DNA of 25,669 nucleotides from Chiloscyllium plagiosum (Eukaryota): assembly GCF_004010195.1 (NCBI RefSeq), contig NC_057718.1, positions 75,798,275 to 75,823,943 on the forward strand, written 5' to 3'. The translations under genes and the position numbers were made by a program. The notes under the pieces are model-generated. The model saw only the letters and a list, made by a program, of their open reading frames with translations. It was not told the DNA's origin and searched no databases. Positions 1 through 11,530 of the stretch are shown here, one piece after another (within the stretch, counting starts at the first letter, position 1; each line of letters starts with the position of its first letter).

Positions 1-366
1 ACCCATGGCAATCCTCCAAATGTCTGTGTTCAAAACCAATACTTTTTCCCCCACAAGCTGAGTCATGTGATCTTCTCTAAGCATGTTGCAGACTCAGTCT
101 CCATCCAAGTAGTTTGCTCTTAACAAAATATAAAATTGTTGCTGTTGCAGTTCATGTCTTTTGCTTTGCAAAGTTTTCTTTTCAAGATAACTTCACAATA
201 TATATCTAACCAATGACGTTATAAATGAATATTTTAGGCAGTAGATTTCATAATAGTACCATATCTCAATAAATAACTTTAGCAGCTTTAGACCTTCACC
301 CAAAAACTGTAAACCCAAAAATCATGTTTTGTACTTCCCACTAGTGAAAACTGGAAGGCAGTAACA

Positions 367-653
367 GGGCAGCGCGGTGGCTCAGTGGTTAGCACTGCTG
401 CCTCACAGGGACCCAGGTTCAAGTCCCACCTCGAACACCTGTCTGTGTGGAGTTTGCACATTCTTCTGTATCTGTGTGGGTTTCCTCCCACAATCCAAAG
501 ATGTGCAGGTCAGGTGAATTGGCAATGCTAAATTGCCCATAGTGTTAGGTGCTTTAGTCAGGGGTAAATATAGGGTTGGGGAATGGGTAACTCTTCGGAG
601 GGTCGGTGTGACTGAAGGGCCTGTTCCCATACTGTAGGGGATCTAATCTAATC
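367..653 (+). mobile_element. HE1-like tRNA-derived V-SINE
   Basis: A-box GGTGGCTCAGTGG, B-box GGTTCAAGTCC, V-domain TGTGTGGAGTTTGCACATTC, (AATCT)n tail. Lacks one GGTTTCCTC-bounded unit that is present in the 21954 copy. Confidence 0.92.
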
Positions 654-1254
654 ATTTTAACATGTACAGCTGCCTTCTCGAATCATGGATATGCAGAATA
701 CAACTCAACCCATTCCACCCTTCTCCTCCCACTCTTTCCCGCCTTCTGATTGTAAATGGTGGCTGCCAGGACCTCTGGATCAGGGCTCCAACACCATTTC
801 AGCCACACTCTCTGTGAAACAAAATTATAAAACTCCAGGTCAGCAAGTTTGTTATACACCTTGGCCTTTCCATCATTTCCCAGTTCTTATTTCTCCACCT
901 ATATTGGGCGCATGTTTACTTTCACTAATGTCTTATTTATATATGAATAGAAATATTAACAATGTCATTTTACATCTATTACTCACTTACTTTCATATTC
1001 TGTTTCCTGATTCTGCTTTACTGAATTCTAAATTCTCCTAATATTCAGGCATACTGCACGTTTTTACAACATTACAAGCCTTTTGATGTGATATATATTT
1101 AATTCCTCTTGTGGGCCTGCTTGGTACATTATTTGTGCCTTAAAAGATTGCATACTTGTTGTAAATTATGCATTAAACCTTTCAATACCATTTCTTTCCC
1201 ACCATCATAGATTTTAATGTAGTCTCAAGAACTACTGGAATCAACTGGCCTATT

Positions 1255-1700
1255 AAACATAAAAAGGGAGCAGGAATAGCTCATTGCATCTTGAGTTTGG
1301 TCTATCATTCAGTAAAATCATGATTGATTTGACTATGGCCTGAACTTCACTTTCTTGCCCACTTCTCATAACATTTGACTCCCTTGTCAAACCCTGGCTT
1401 CAGTCTTAACTAAATAACATTCAAACTCAAAATAAGATGCTATGTCATATTATGGTCACTCTTTCCTAGAAGCTTCTTTACTAAACAGTTATTAATTAAC
1501 TCTTTTTCCATTGTACAACTTGGTATATACCATGCATCATCCTCCCCACTATTACTTTGAATTTAGTTTGCCCAGCTTATTTGAAAGTTGAAATCCTCTA
1601 TTATCACTATAATGTTTTTGTTGTACTCTTCAAATTCAAATTCTACACTTTAACTACTATCAAACTTCCTTTAAGCAACACCTACTAATGCCTTCTGCAT
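1255..1700 (-). mobile_element. Old CR1-type LINE fragments (3' tail plus endonuclease-region remnant)
   Basis: 1255-1400 resembles the CR1 tail at 22657 (GGAGCAGGAATAG...CATTCAGTAAAATCATGATTGAT). Minus-strand DHNM- and DFN-like remnants at ~1445-1460 and ~1585-1600. Confidence 0.6.
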
Positions 1701-1730
1701 CTAGATTTAATAGTTTTGTCCTTTATATTT

Positions 1731-1744
1731 GGGGGGGGGGGGGG
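1731..1744. repeat. Poly-G tract (G14)
   Basis: Read directly. Confidence 0.95.
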
Positions 1745-1873
1745 TCATGTCTACATTAAGCCCATAGAATCTTAGATTTGAATACTTCCTGATGATTGTC
1801 ACTGACTTTCCCTCATGTATCTGTATCCGGCCCACTTTTGCCACATCAACTGTCAGCTTTGCACAGCTTGCCA

Positions 1874-1971
1874 CAGTGGTGCTGGAAAAGCACATCAGGT
1901 CAGGTAGCATCCGAGGAGCAGGAAAATAGATGTTTTGGGCAAGAGCCCTTCATCAGGAAGGGCTCCTGCTC
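1874..1971 (-). mobile_element. Penelope-type terminal mini-element (collapsed palindrome) with degenerate minimal hammerhead motif
   Basis: Similar to the left arm of 20507-20723. Minus strand 1956-1929 reads CTGATGA-A-GGGC-TCTT-GCCC-AAAA-C-ATC. Confidence 0.75.
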
Positions 1972-2012
1972 TTCATTTTCTAAGACTAATCTTCATTTTC
2001 TAAGACTGAATC
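1970..2012. repeat. 20-bp tandem duplication (TCTTCATTTTCTAAGACT x2)
   Basis: Read directly, immediately after the mini-element. Confidence 0.85.
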
Positions 2013-2029
2013 TAGAATCGTACCCTTTC

Positions 2030-3900
2030 TTGTTGGACTTGTTATGTAAGTTAAAAAATTTCTCTTGAAACTTTTAACAATGGTGCATTTTTTTGTACAT
2101 GTCACACTGTTTCTATACCAATTGACATTTGAGGAATTGACATCCACAATTTTAATTGCCTATTAAAATTTGCCAACATAATAGTTCCTCTCTCTTCCAC
2201 TATTTAGTGAGTTTATCATATGTACCGAGCAGTGTGGCTACTCCTTTTTGTTTCTGAGCTGACCCCAATGGCGTCATTTGATGTTTCATTTAGTATATCA
2301 TCCCTCTTCACAGCTGTGATTGGTTCCTTAACTGATAATGTTACACCCCTCACCTTTTTCATACTCATCTCCAACTTGCCTGAAAACTATATCCAAGGAT
2401 GTTTACCAATGATATCATGCTACCATGTGTCTATCTGTCCTGTTAACTCATCAGCTGTATTTGCTTAATCGTGTTTCTACATATATACCTATTAATACTG
2501 CCAAATCCAAGTGCATTCCACTTATTTAAACTCTGCTTCCTCTGTCTTTCAGCATGATTTACCAGATTTATGCCTCCCTATTAGCTGGTCTAAATTTGTC
2601 CTCGGATTCCCATGCCCTTGCCAACTTAATTTAAACCCTCCACAACTGCCCAAGAAAAATTTCCTTGCAAGGATCTTTATCTCAGTCCTGTTCGGGTGTA
2701 GGCCATCCATCATATACAGGTCTCATGTTCCTTAGAACCAGTCTCAATGCTCCAGAAATCTAATGTTCTCCCTCCTTTACCACTTTTCCAGTCACACGTT
2801 CAATTGTTCAATTCTCAATTATTATGCTCCCCCACACATAGGGCTGGGAATAATCCTGAAACTACTGTTCTAGAGATCTTGCCTTTAAATTTCCTACCTA
2901 GCTTCCTGAAACTTGCTTACAAGGCTCATCCCCGTTGCTACCTCAGTCATTGGTACAAACATGGTCCACAATATCTGGTTGTTCACCTATTCCCAGAAGA
3001 ATTTCCTACAGCCACTCTATAACGTCCTTTACCTTGGTGCTAGAGAGGCAACATACTGTCCAAGAGTCTTTTTAGAATAGAATTGAATCCCTACAGGACA
3101 GAAACAGGCCATTCAGCCCAACAGTCCACACCGACCCTCCGAAGAGAGTCCCACCCAGACACATCCCCCCACCCTATTCCTGTAACTCTGCATTTCCATT
3201 GGATAAGGCACCTAACCTACACATCCTTGAACACACTACATTTAGCACCTCAGTTGGCCTGACCTGCTCATCTTTGGACAGTGGGAGGAAACCTGAACAC
3301 CCAGGGGAAACCTATGCGGACACAGGGAGAATGTGCAATCTCTACACAGGCAGTCACCTGCAGGTAGAATTGAACCTGGGTTCCTGGTGCTGTGAGGGAG
3401 CAGTGCTAACCAGCAGGCCATCACTTGTTCTGTTTGTAATGTTGATATTTTGCAGAAATGCCTTCCTGACCCCCTAAGTGTGGAAAAACCAGTCACTATT
3501 GCTGTTCCATTCTTCTTCCTCACCTCCAACTCTGTACAACTGAGGAACCAGTGATGCCACTGACATGACTCTAGCTGCTCTCACCTGAGAAAACATACCT
3601 CTCACCGGTATCCAAAATGGAATACAGATTGCCAAGCAAGATAGACTCAAGAAGCTCCTTCAATACCTGTCTGAATTTTTAGACAGCCTGCCTGTCACCC
3701 ATTCCCTTTTTCCCCTTATGCTTCTAAGCTGAGGTGTGACCTCATCCCTAAATGTGCTATCCACGTAGTTAGCTGCTTTTAATGGATGCACAAATGTGAC
3801 TCCAGAAGCGACGTGAGTTTTGTAACCTTGAATCCAAGTTTGCTCAGTCAATGACACTTCCTGCAACTGTGTTTGTCCTGTGCTGAGTCCACAACTTCAT
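2030..3900 (-). mobile_element. Decayed CR1 LINE 5' half (ORF1 with SGNH-esterase-like domain plus ORF2 endonuclease start), split by a SINE
   Basis: Minus-strand peptides resembling CR1 ORF1: YVDSTFRDEVTPQ..EWVT, AIVTGFSTLRG, VCCL..TKVKDV, EQPDIVDHVCTND, DLYMMDGLHPN. Multiple stops and frameshifts. Confidence 0.8.
3074..3425 (-). mobile_element. HE1-like V-SINE (older copy) nested in CR1 ORF1
   Basis: Reverse complement of the A/B boxes, V-domain and (ATTCT)n-like tail. The CR1 ORF1 motifs resume on both sides. Confidence 0.9.
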
Positions 3901-3944
3901 TCAATCACAGGATGAGTATTCCCCACCCCCAAACTTCAAAAACA

Positions 3945-4580
3945 GGCTCTTTGGTCAGCCAAGTCTGTGTCAACACATGATGCCTTTCTAAACTAAAAAC
4001 TGTTTCCTCTATGTATCTCTCTATTCCCATTCTATCCATGTGTCTGTCAAGATGCCTTAAAAATGCTGTTATTGCATCTGCCTCCAATCCTCCGGCAGCA
4101 CACTCAAGGCACCAGTCTCTGAGCAAAAAAATTAGATTAGATTACTTACAGTGTGGAAACAGGCCCTTCGGCCCAACAAGTCCACACCGACCCACGACCC
4201 ACCCCCCTACATTTACCCCTTCATCTAACACTACGGGCAATTTAGCATGGCCAATTCACCTAACCTGCACATCTTTAGATTGTGGGAGGAAACCAGAGCA
4301 CCTGGAGGAAACCCACACAGACACCGGAGAATGTGTAAACTCCACACCGATAGTCGCCTGAGGCGGGATTTGAACCCGGGTCTCTGGTGCTGTGAGGCAG
4401 CAGTGCTAACCACTGTGCCACTGTGCTGCCCCAAAATTGCCTCTCACATTTCCTTGAAACTTACTCCCTTCTACCTTAAACATATGTCCCCTAGTAACTG
4501 ACATTCCTACCTTAGAAAAAAAGACTCCAAGTATCCATTCTATCCATTCCTCTCACAATTTTGTAAACATCTATCAGGTT
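3945..4580 (-). mobile_element. CR1 LINE 3' end, split by a SINE
   Basis: Peptide EADAITAFLRHLDRHM matches the CR1 ORF2 C-terminus. The element continues after 4432 and is similar to 7250-7634. Confidence 0.8.
4132..4431 (-). mobile_element. HE1-like V-SINE, near full length
   Basis: Minus strand starts GGGCAGCACAGTGGCACAGTGGTTAGC, has B-box GGTTCAAATCC and ends in (AATCT)n. AAAATT on both flanks is a possible TSD. Confidence 0.93.
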
Positions 4581-4594
4581 ATTAGTACCCTATT

Positions 4595-4631
4595 GTATGT
4601 AGTATATATATGTGTGTGTGTATATATACAT
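4595..4631. repeat. Compound (TA)n/(TG)n microsatellite
   Basis: TATATATATGTGTGTGTGTATATATACA. Confidence 0.85.
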
Positions 4632-4714
4632 GCCACTTACTCTAAAAAATTAATTATACAGCTCATCTCAGTCCATTTTTTCTGCCACCAAACACCTCCA
4701 TCTTCAATCATCTA

Positions 4715-6865
4715 AATCATAACAATGCATTGGCAATTATGGTCTTTCATCCTGCCATGTGTACAATTTTCAAATTGAATGGCTGCTATAATGAGCTCCA
4801 TCTAAATAACCTGGAATTTTATCCTTAAACATTTCCAAAAACTTTTAGAGGTTATGATCAGTACATATAATTGTCTCAGATGCATTATTGGCAACAGAAA
4901 TGTTTAAATGTTGCAACGCAAACACCAAACTCAAGGTCATCTTCTCAATTGTGGAATATTTCTGTTGATGAATATTCAACATTTTGGAAAAAATACCCAA
5001 CATGTCTTTCTATCTTCTCATTGTTGTCTTGCAAGAGTACAGCATCTACATCCACAACACCCCATCATTAACCACCTTGAATGGCTTTGCATACTTAGGT
5101 GTGGTTAACATTGGGGCAGTGGCTAACATAGCTTATAGATTGTCAAACATATTCTGACATTCCCCTGTCCACTGAAATTTTCTCCACTTCTTTAACAGGT
5201 CAGTCAGTGGATCAACAACACTGTTAAAATTCAGTACAAATTTTCAATAAAAACCACCCAGTCCCAAGAATCGTAATGCTTCCCTCTTCATCAGTGGTAT
5301 GGGAAACTCCCCAATAAATTTTGTTTTCATGTCCCATGAAGCCATTTGCCTGTGGCCCAGGAACATGACTTGGGATTTTGTCAACTCACTCTTAGGCCAG
5401 GTTTATCACTAAGCTCTCCTTCCAAAGTCATTCGAACAATTCTGATAGGTGCTCCACATGATCCTTTCATGTGTGACTAAAAATCACTAAATCATCTATG
5501 TACATAATACAACTGGATAATCCTGAAATAATTTTATTGATTAGTATTTGAAATAAAGCTGGCATATTCTTCATACCAAACAGCATGACTTTAAAGTGGT
5601 ACAGTCTATTCAGTGCGATGAAAGCTGAAATGTCCTTTGTTCTTTGAGATACAAGTACCTGCCAATATGCTCTGAGAAGTCCAATTTAAAATATAAGTTG
5701 TATGTCCCACCTTCTCAATACAGGCTTCCAAACATGGAATAGGACATGAGTCAAATTTTGTGACTTTGTGATAATCCACAAATAATTGTTGGGTACCACC
5801 TGGTTTTGCCACCATTAGTACGGGTGAGCTCCATTCATTGCAACTCACTTCAATTAAGATAATCTCTTTTTTCTGTGCTGTATATCTCTACGCCTCTATG
5901 ACTCTTTTTGAACCAGTGCAAACTTCAGAAAATTAAGTCTATAAGCATGTTGTTTAATTGGAACAGCATTTCCTCTATCTCCATCATGCATAATCAGAGT
6001 AGTACTTTTCCTACATATCTCCCCATGTGATTGTAATTACTCTTTCTGGTCATTTTGATTTTCCTCTGGAATTTAATTCAAAAATGTATTCTGATATTTA
6101 AGAATTTCCTCATTGCCCATTTTAATTTGAGAAATGTCCAATTCAGAATCATCTGAATTTAGTTTTTCACTCTGTCTTGTAACCAGTAACACATTCTCCT
6201 TTTGCTTTCCTTTCCTCTCAAAATACCTTTGAACATATTGACATGATACACCCTGTGAGATTTCTTTCCATCTGATGTTCTTAAATTCCCTTTGATTTGA
6301 CAAGGCCCACTAAACCTTGCCTTCAAAGGTTCATCTACCACTAACACTTTATCTCACTAGCAAAATGGTGAATTTTTAATTTCTTGTCTGCTTCCTGTTT
6401 CACTTCATACTTTCAAATGTTGTCTAGCCAGCTTGCCCACTCTATTTAATCTTTATCTAAAATTTGGCACACAATCCAAATATGTAGTCTCCCAACTTGA
6501 CTCACCAATTTCTCTTTAACTATTTTCAGTGGTCCTCTTATCTCATGCCCCAAAAAAATTGAAATGGGCTGAATTTAGTTGATTCATTCCATGTATTCCT
6601 AACTACAAAAGTACAAATGAAATTCCTTTATCCCAATCCTCTGGATGGTCTTGACTATAAGCCCTCAACATGGCCTTTAAAGTTTGATGCCACTGTTCAA
6701 ATACTCCTGTGATTCTCGATGGTACGCAGTGGATTTTATTTGTTTTATTCCCAAGTTATCCATAACTTCCTTGAATAGTTTTGATGTAAAATTTGATCCT
6801 TGATCTGATTATATTCCTGTGAATAGTCTGTATCTAGTAAAACTTGAGTAACGCTTCTACAATCC
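4715..6865 (-). mobile_element. Decayed Ty3/Gypsy pol with Gmr1-type order (integrase, RT, RNase H)
   Basis: Minus-strand order: IN core SDQGSNFTS..AYHRESQ..WHQTLKAML..WDKG (from 6808); IN C-terminus ARFSGP..VYHVNM; RT WSSPVLMVAKP, VDY, FKVMLFGMKNMPALFQ, YIDD (5502-5491); RNase H YSTIEK..LVFALQHF, TDHN, RLFRW. Many stops and frameshifts. Confidence 0.92.
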
Positions 6866-7655
6866 TTATTTTACTAAACAGCAACTGTTCCAATATGATA
6901 ACATCACATTAACACACCCTTGGCAAAGGCAAATTCAGTAAAATAGATTGTCTCACATGCAATTCTCCAATCCAGGAAGAATAAACATCAAAAGAAAACA
7001 GAGAGAGAAAGAGAAAACTCAAACATTCTGCTATAGTATGGAGAGATGTATAGCAGCTTCCATAGTTAGCTTCAAGACTCTAACAATTACTAAAAGTTAA
7101 GCTAAATCCTGGTTCTGTGGGAGCCTAACCCCATCCCTTCATGGTGCTTCTGTTGCTCTAACTTTTAAAAACAACTGAAGTTAGCTTAGCTCAGAGCAGA
7201 TAGTTTGGCTCCAAGAAATATGGTGGAACAAATCTTCCTTAAAGGCATATAGAGTCATAGAATCATAGAGATGTACAGCACGGAAACAGACCCTTCAGTC
7301 CAACTCGTCCATGCCAACCAGATAGCCCTACCCAATCTAGTCCCATCTGCCAGCACCCGGCCCATATCCCTCAAAACCCTTCCTATTCATATACCCATCC
7401 AGATGCCTTTTAAATGTTGCAATTGTATTAGCCTTCAACACTTCCTCTGGCAGCTCATTCCATGCATGTTCCACCCTATACGTGAAAAAGTTGCCCCTTA
7501 CATCTCTGTTATATCTTTTTTGTCTCACCCTAAACCTATGCTCTCTAGTTCTGAACCCCCTACCCCAGGGAAAAGACTTTGTCTATTTATCCTATCCATG
7601 CCCCTCATGAATTTATAAACCTCTATAAAGATCATATCTTGTAAAAACAGTCACA
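6866..7655 (-). mobile_element. Probable truncated 5' LTR of the Gmr1-like element, interrupted by CR1 (7250-7634)
   Basis: Non-coding, abuts the integrase remnant. The minus strand would begin TGTGAC at 7655 and continue ATGCCTTTAAG after the CR1. No partner LTR is present to confirm it. Confidence 0.5.
7250..7634 (-). mobile_element. 5'-truncated CR1 LINE 3' end
   Basis: ORF 7337-7528 RDVRGNFFTYRVEHAWNELPEEVLKANTIATFKRHLDGYM is a classic CR1 C-terminus. Has a (CTATGATT)-like tail. Confidence 0.93.
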
Positions 7656-7832
7656 GCCTCCTGTACCTGACCATTGACCAGCTCAAAATTCTACTTAGCT
7701 GAAGTGGTGTGACTGCCTCATGGAGTGTACTGCCCATTCAGCAACTTCGAGTTGAAGTTCCTCAAGCCACAGACCCAGATATAATTTATCTGGTTTAAAT
7801 GTCTGCATCTTGAGGAATTTCAATGATGCTAT

Positions 7833-8290
7833 GTGGTGGAATAGTGATAACATCACTGGTCTAATAACTTAACAGAATATTCTGGACATTAAGTTCTGCT
7901 GTTAACTCTGAAATGTTAACTCTGTTTTCTCTCTATCAATGCTACAAGACAAGGTGTGTTTCTCCAGCACTCTCCGCTTTTGTTTAATCCTCTAGGGACT
8001 GGGTTTGAATCCCTCCAAGGCAGATCAAGTTTGAATTCAATAAATATCTGGAATTATAAATTAGCCTAGTGGTGACCACGTACCCACCGTTGATTGCTGT
8101 AAAACCCAATCTGATTCATTAATGACCTTTACAGAAGAAAATCTGTCATTCTTCCTGATTTAGCTTCATGTGACTCCCAACCCAAGGAAATGTAGTTGCC
8201 TCTTAACTGTCCTGTAGGTAATTAGGGATGGATAATGAATGCTGGCTCAGCAAGGGACATCCACATTTTGTAAACTGATAAAACAAAAAC
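7833..8290 (+). mobile_element. Old tRNA-derived SINE with LINE-shared tail, interrupted at ~7890-7985
   Basis: Degenerate A-box GTGGAATAGTG and B-box GGTTTGAATCC. Tail TAGGGATGGATAATGAATGCTGGC...GACATCCACAT matches the LINE tails at 23270-23320 and 18540-18600. Confidence 0.7.
7890..7985 (+). mobile_element. Penelope-type terminal fragment
   Basis: TGAAATGTTAACTCTGTTTTCTCTC...TCTCCAGCACTCTCCGCTTTTGTTT resembles the reverse complement of 8780-8881. Confidence 0.55.
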
Positions 8291-8529
8291 AGACAGTTGT
8301 TTGTGTCGCCTTGGTCTGTACAAACAGGCTACACTAATAACACACCATCTCCCTGCCAAGTCTATTTGTTCTTTTTATTTAAATTATTTCATTTTGTAAT
8401 TAATAGCAGGTTACTGCTTCCAAGCTTAGGGATAACAGAAAAGCACCCTCAATGTACTTCAGACAAAATAAAAGCACCATTTCCTTCTTCATTGCACTGA
8501 ATTCCCACTTCTACTGAATGCCTGAACTC

Positions 8530-8615
8530 AACAATTTAGACAAGCAGGAGGCTGGAAGAACATGGCAAGCCAGGTAGCATCAGGAGGTAGAGATGTTTTG
8601 GGTATAACCCTTCCT
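8530..8615 (-). mobile_element. Penelope-type terminal fragment with degenerate hammerhead stem II
   Basis: GCTGGAAGAACATGGCAAGCCAGGTAGCATC resembles 1880-1910 and 20555-20585. Minus strand has GGGT-TAT-ACCC-AAAA-C-ATC. Confidence 0.6.
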
Positions 8616-8779
8616 CTGACATGACTGCCAGTCTAGTGCTTTTCCATTACTACAAAACTGACCATAAAAACAATAGAGGGATATTCAACTCAATGCTAAT
8701 GGTAGGGAAGAAGAATTTTTACTGTTATGTGATGACAAGGAATTCCCTAATCAGTATGTTTCCTCTGCAATAACGAAGG

Positions 8780-8881
8780 AAGTAAACACAGAGGATGCTG
8801 GTGAAACCCAACAAGTCTGACAACATTTGTGGAGAGAAATAGAATTTACATTTTGAGTCCAGTATGACTCTTCCACAGAAC
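8780..8881 (-). mobile_element. Penelope-type terminal fragment with degenerate hammerhead motif
   Basis: Minus strand reads CTGTGGA-A-GAGTC-ATACTG-GACTC-AAAA-T-GTA, followed by the family tail. Confidence 0.6.
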
Positions 8882-9119
8882 ACTTCAGGTAAATGGAAGT
8901 ACAGCAGAATTATAATGTGACAATGTAGGGGAGAGCACATTCAGTGAAGATAAGAGTTCAGATACCAGCTGAGCATATTCCTTTGATGGAAAAAGATGTG
9001 CACGTTCTCCTAGTTGTGATGAAAGGTCAGTGACCTGATGTGAGCTGCTGAATGTTATGGCGCCTTTTACATTTGAACTCTGATGGATGTGTAAGAAATA
9101 ATATTGCTGTGATGCCAAT

Positions 9120-9495
9120 TGTATTACATTGGTAGCTGCAATGAAGTGACAGACATGGATTAGACACTACACAGGTTTTGAGCAGCTCCAGGTGCTCCTC
9201 AGCCACCACTGTCCAGGCTGCCTGTCAGTCAAGATGATCTCTGGTTGTCATCCACAGGACAAGCACTTCCCTTCTCTCCTAGACAGCCACAGGGAGTATC
9301 TATAGGGAGGCATTGCTAAAGGTCAGTGCCACATTTGTCTACTCTCATACATCTCCAGGATGTGTAGCATTATAAGCAGAGGTTGAATAATTGTCCTGGT
9401 TTGCAGAGAGTGAAATGGGTACCTTTTAAATCTGTTTATTGGAGCTCTGAAGGTTCAAACTGGTCTCAGAACTGCCTGCCCATAAAATTTGCTAT
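9120..9495 (-). mobile_element. Relic of a PIF/Harbinger Myb/SANT-like ORF, possibly with element terminus
   Basis: One frame from 9332 reads VALTFSNASL*ILPVAV*ERREVL...AAWTVVAEE...KTCV. This fits the FSxxxLxxL...RRxVL...AWxxVA Myb/SANT-like pattern. Three in-frame stops. Confidence 0.6.
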
Positions 9496-9624
9496 TTTGC
9501 TTGGTATGTATATATAATGAGTTGGGTAAACTGATCCCTCCCAAGTGAATTTCATTCTGCTTTTATGCTCAACTCCATATCTGATCTCAACAAAAAAAAA
9601 AGAAAAATTAAAATTCTGTCCAAA

Positions 9625-9860
9625 AAGCCAGTCAATATCAGCAATGGGAAGGCTTCTTCTGAGACAATATGAAATTTCATTTGAAAAGGAATCAATTAAT
9701 CAAATATAGCCAACATGCATTTATTAAAAGCTAACCATGTCTGACTAACACGATTGCCTTCTGTGATGCTATAGTGGTGAAAGTTGATAAAGATAATACA
9801 GCAGATATTGTGTGTGGATCTTCAAAAGACATTTGAACAAGATAACGAAGACAATCGTGG
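9625..9860 (+). mobile_element. Old CR1 RT fragment
   Basis: SQHAFIK, CLTNTIAF, VDKDNTADIV, DLQKTF remnants; parallels 16440-16590. Confidence 0.75.
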
Positions 9861-10904
9861 TAACAAATGCATATATTCAGGCCAGGGAATGGTTTGCAGT
9901 GTTTTTAGATCCGTTGTTTTTTTTAAAAACAATTCTTACAAACAACCTTGACTTAGAGAGCTTAAACAAAGCTTGTAAATTATATAAAACATGGCAAAAT
10001 GAAAAATATTATTAAGGATAGTTAAGTGTTTCAGGCATATACAAGTAGAAATATACAATGAATAGAAACATGCAAGATGGTGTTGAATGTGGCAAAGCAT
10101 AAAGTGACCTAAAGGTGGCTAATAAAGAAAGTGAGCATACGAACAATAACATGACTTTTAAGATGTAGATGGACAATGTGTCCTGGAAATTCATCTTTAA
10201 TCCCTAAGTATTCAAAACAATCCTACATAGTTGACCACACAAAATTGGATTGAATTTTACACTAATCTTTGAAATTCTCCGTCAATATATTAAAAAAGGA
10301 TCTGTTGCCATAACCTGATATCTACTAACAGCTTGTTTGCCCACTGCATCAAATCTATTCATTCATACATAAAACAAAATGTACCTAAACACCAACTTCC
10401 TGCTTCATTCATTCTGAGGGGCCACTCCAGAGATCAGGAACATGTTGTCTAATCAGTTGATAGTAAATGTGGAGATTGAGAGTAGCAAAGTTTCTAATCC
10501 AACTGATGTATTTGTTACAGCTTTGGACATTACCAGAATTGCAGGTGAATAGTGCATCTTTCCACAATCTCCCGTCAAGATGGAAAATGGAGCCTCTTAC
10601 TGAAGTGACCACTTTCTGAAGAACAGTTCAATTACAGACAGCATTCACATGACACCCGAAGCCTCTGCCTTGTACAGTAGTTCTGATGACTCCATTCACT
10701 TGTATTTCTGTATTTTGATAACTATATTGACTGCTATGTATTGAGGAAATCAACGATATAGTATACATGGGGAAGGACTAATTAATAATGTTCTTGAAGT
10801 AGACCTGTAAAGCTGAAAATTTTTAAAATCAAGAAATGTAGTGTTAGAGTAGTATGCAAGCAGCTAATGTACACTTTACTACATTACTCAAAAAATAATG
10901 ATTT

Positions 10905-11092
10905 CTTTGGCTCTATCTGTTCCTCTTCCTGTGAGAGTTTCCTTTAAGCCTACCTCTTTGATCAATTGTTTTGGTTCTTTTCCTAATACCAATACCAATG
11001 ACAGTGCACTGTCAACATTACTGTGAGGCACCTTAAAATATATTACAATGGAGAAGGTGAAGTGCTTTAATAAATGTAAGTTGTTATTATAA
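10905..11092 (+). mobile_element. L2-like LINE 3' tail
   Basis: CCTTTAAGCCTACCTCTTTGATCAA...CTGTGAGGCACCTT...GCTTTAATAAATGTAAGTTGTTATTAT. Confidence 0.6.
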
Positions 11093-11119
11093 GCACAATT
11101 CATTAGGATTTCTGACCTA

Positions 11120-11530
11120 ACAGAAAATAATCAAAATTGCTGCAAATATTGAAATCAATACTCCACGTATGGGTTTAGTAATTTCAAAATCCTCATTTCT
11201 CATTTACCAATCTCTCAAAAGCTCATCAACATGACCTTTCTGTATCAATGTAGCCTCATGACTCATCTATCTCAAGCATCTTGAACATTTACCTTACCTT
11301 CCTCTTCCATCCTACCATCCATGACAGAGCTTTCAGCTCCCATGACCCTACTCTATGGAACTTGTCTTTCTTCTCTCCCTCCTTTAAAGAGTCTTGGAAA
11401 ACCAATTTGACTATGTTCCTACTTTTAATTTCTCCATTGAAGATCATTGTTCTTTCTTTATTCTGCTCTTTTTCTATAAAACGCCTTGGAATATTTTCTG
11501 TCATTAAAGGTGTCACATAAATGCAATTCC
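11120..11530 (+). mobile_element. L2-like LINE 3' end
   Basis: FKILI remnant and TIHDRAFSSHDPTLWNL (L2-type RAFS..P.LWN.L). Tail AAACGCCTTGG...AAAGGTGTCACATAAATGCAA. Confidence 0.7.

Noticed and set aside
1..366. Possible minus-strand LTR ending in GTAACA next to the SINE
   Set aside because: The other end is outside the window, no TSD can be tested, and I see no clear match to the other LTRs.
367..430. tRNA-like A/B boxes
   Set aside because: They are SINE heads followed by a V-domain and tail, not tRNA genes.
288..630. ORFs with DCGRKPEHPEETHADTGR-type peptides (also at 3199, 4011-4501, 21938-22150)
   Set aside because: These are translations of HE1-like SINE sequence, not genes.
685..1041. 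118-aa ORF
   Set aside because: No recognisable domain, an AT-rich low-information 3' half and no convincing splice context.
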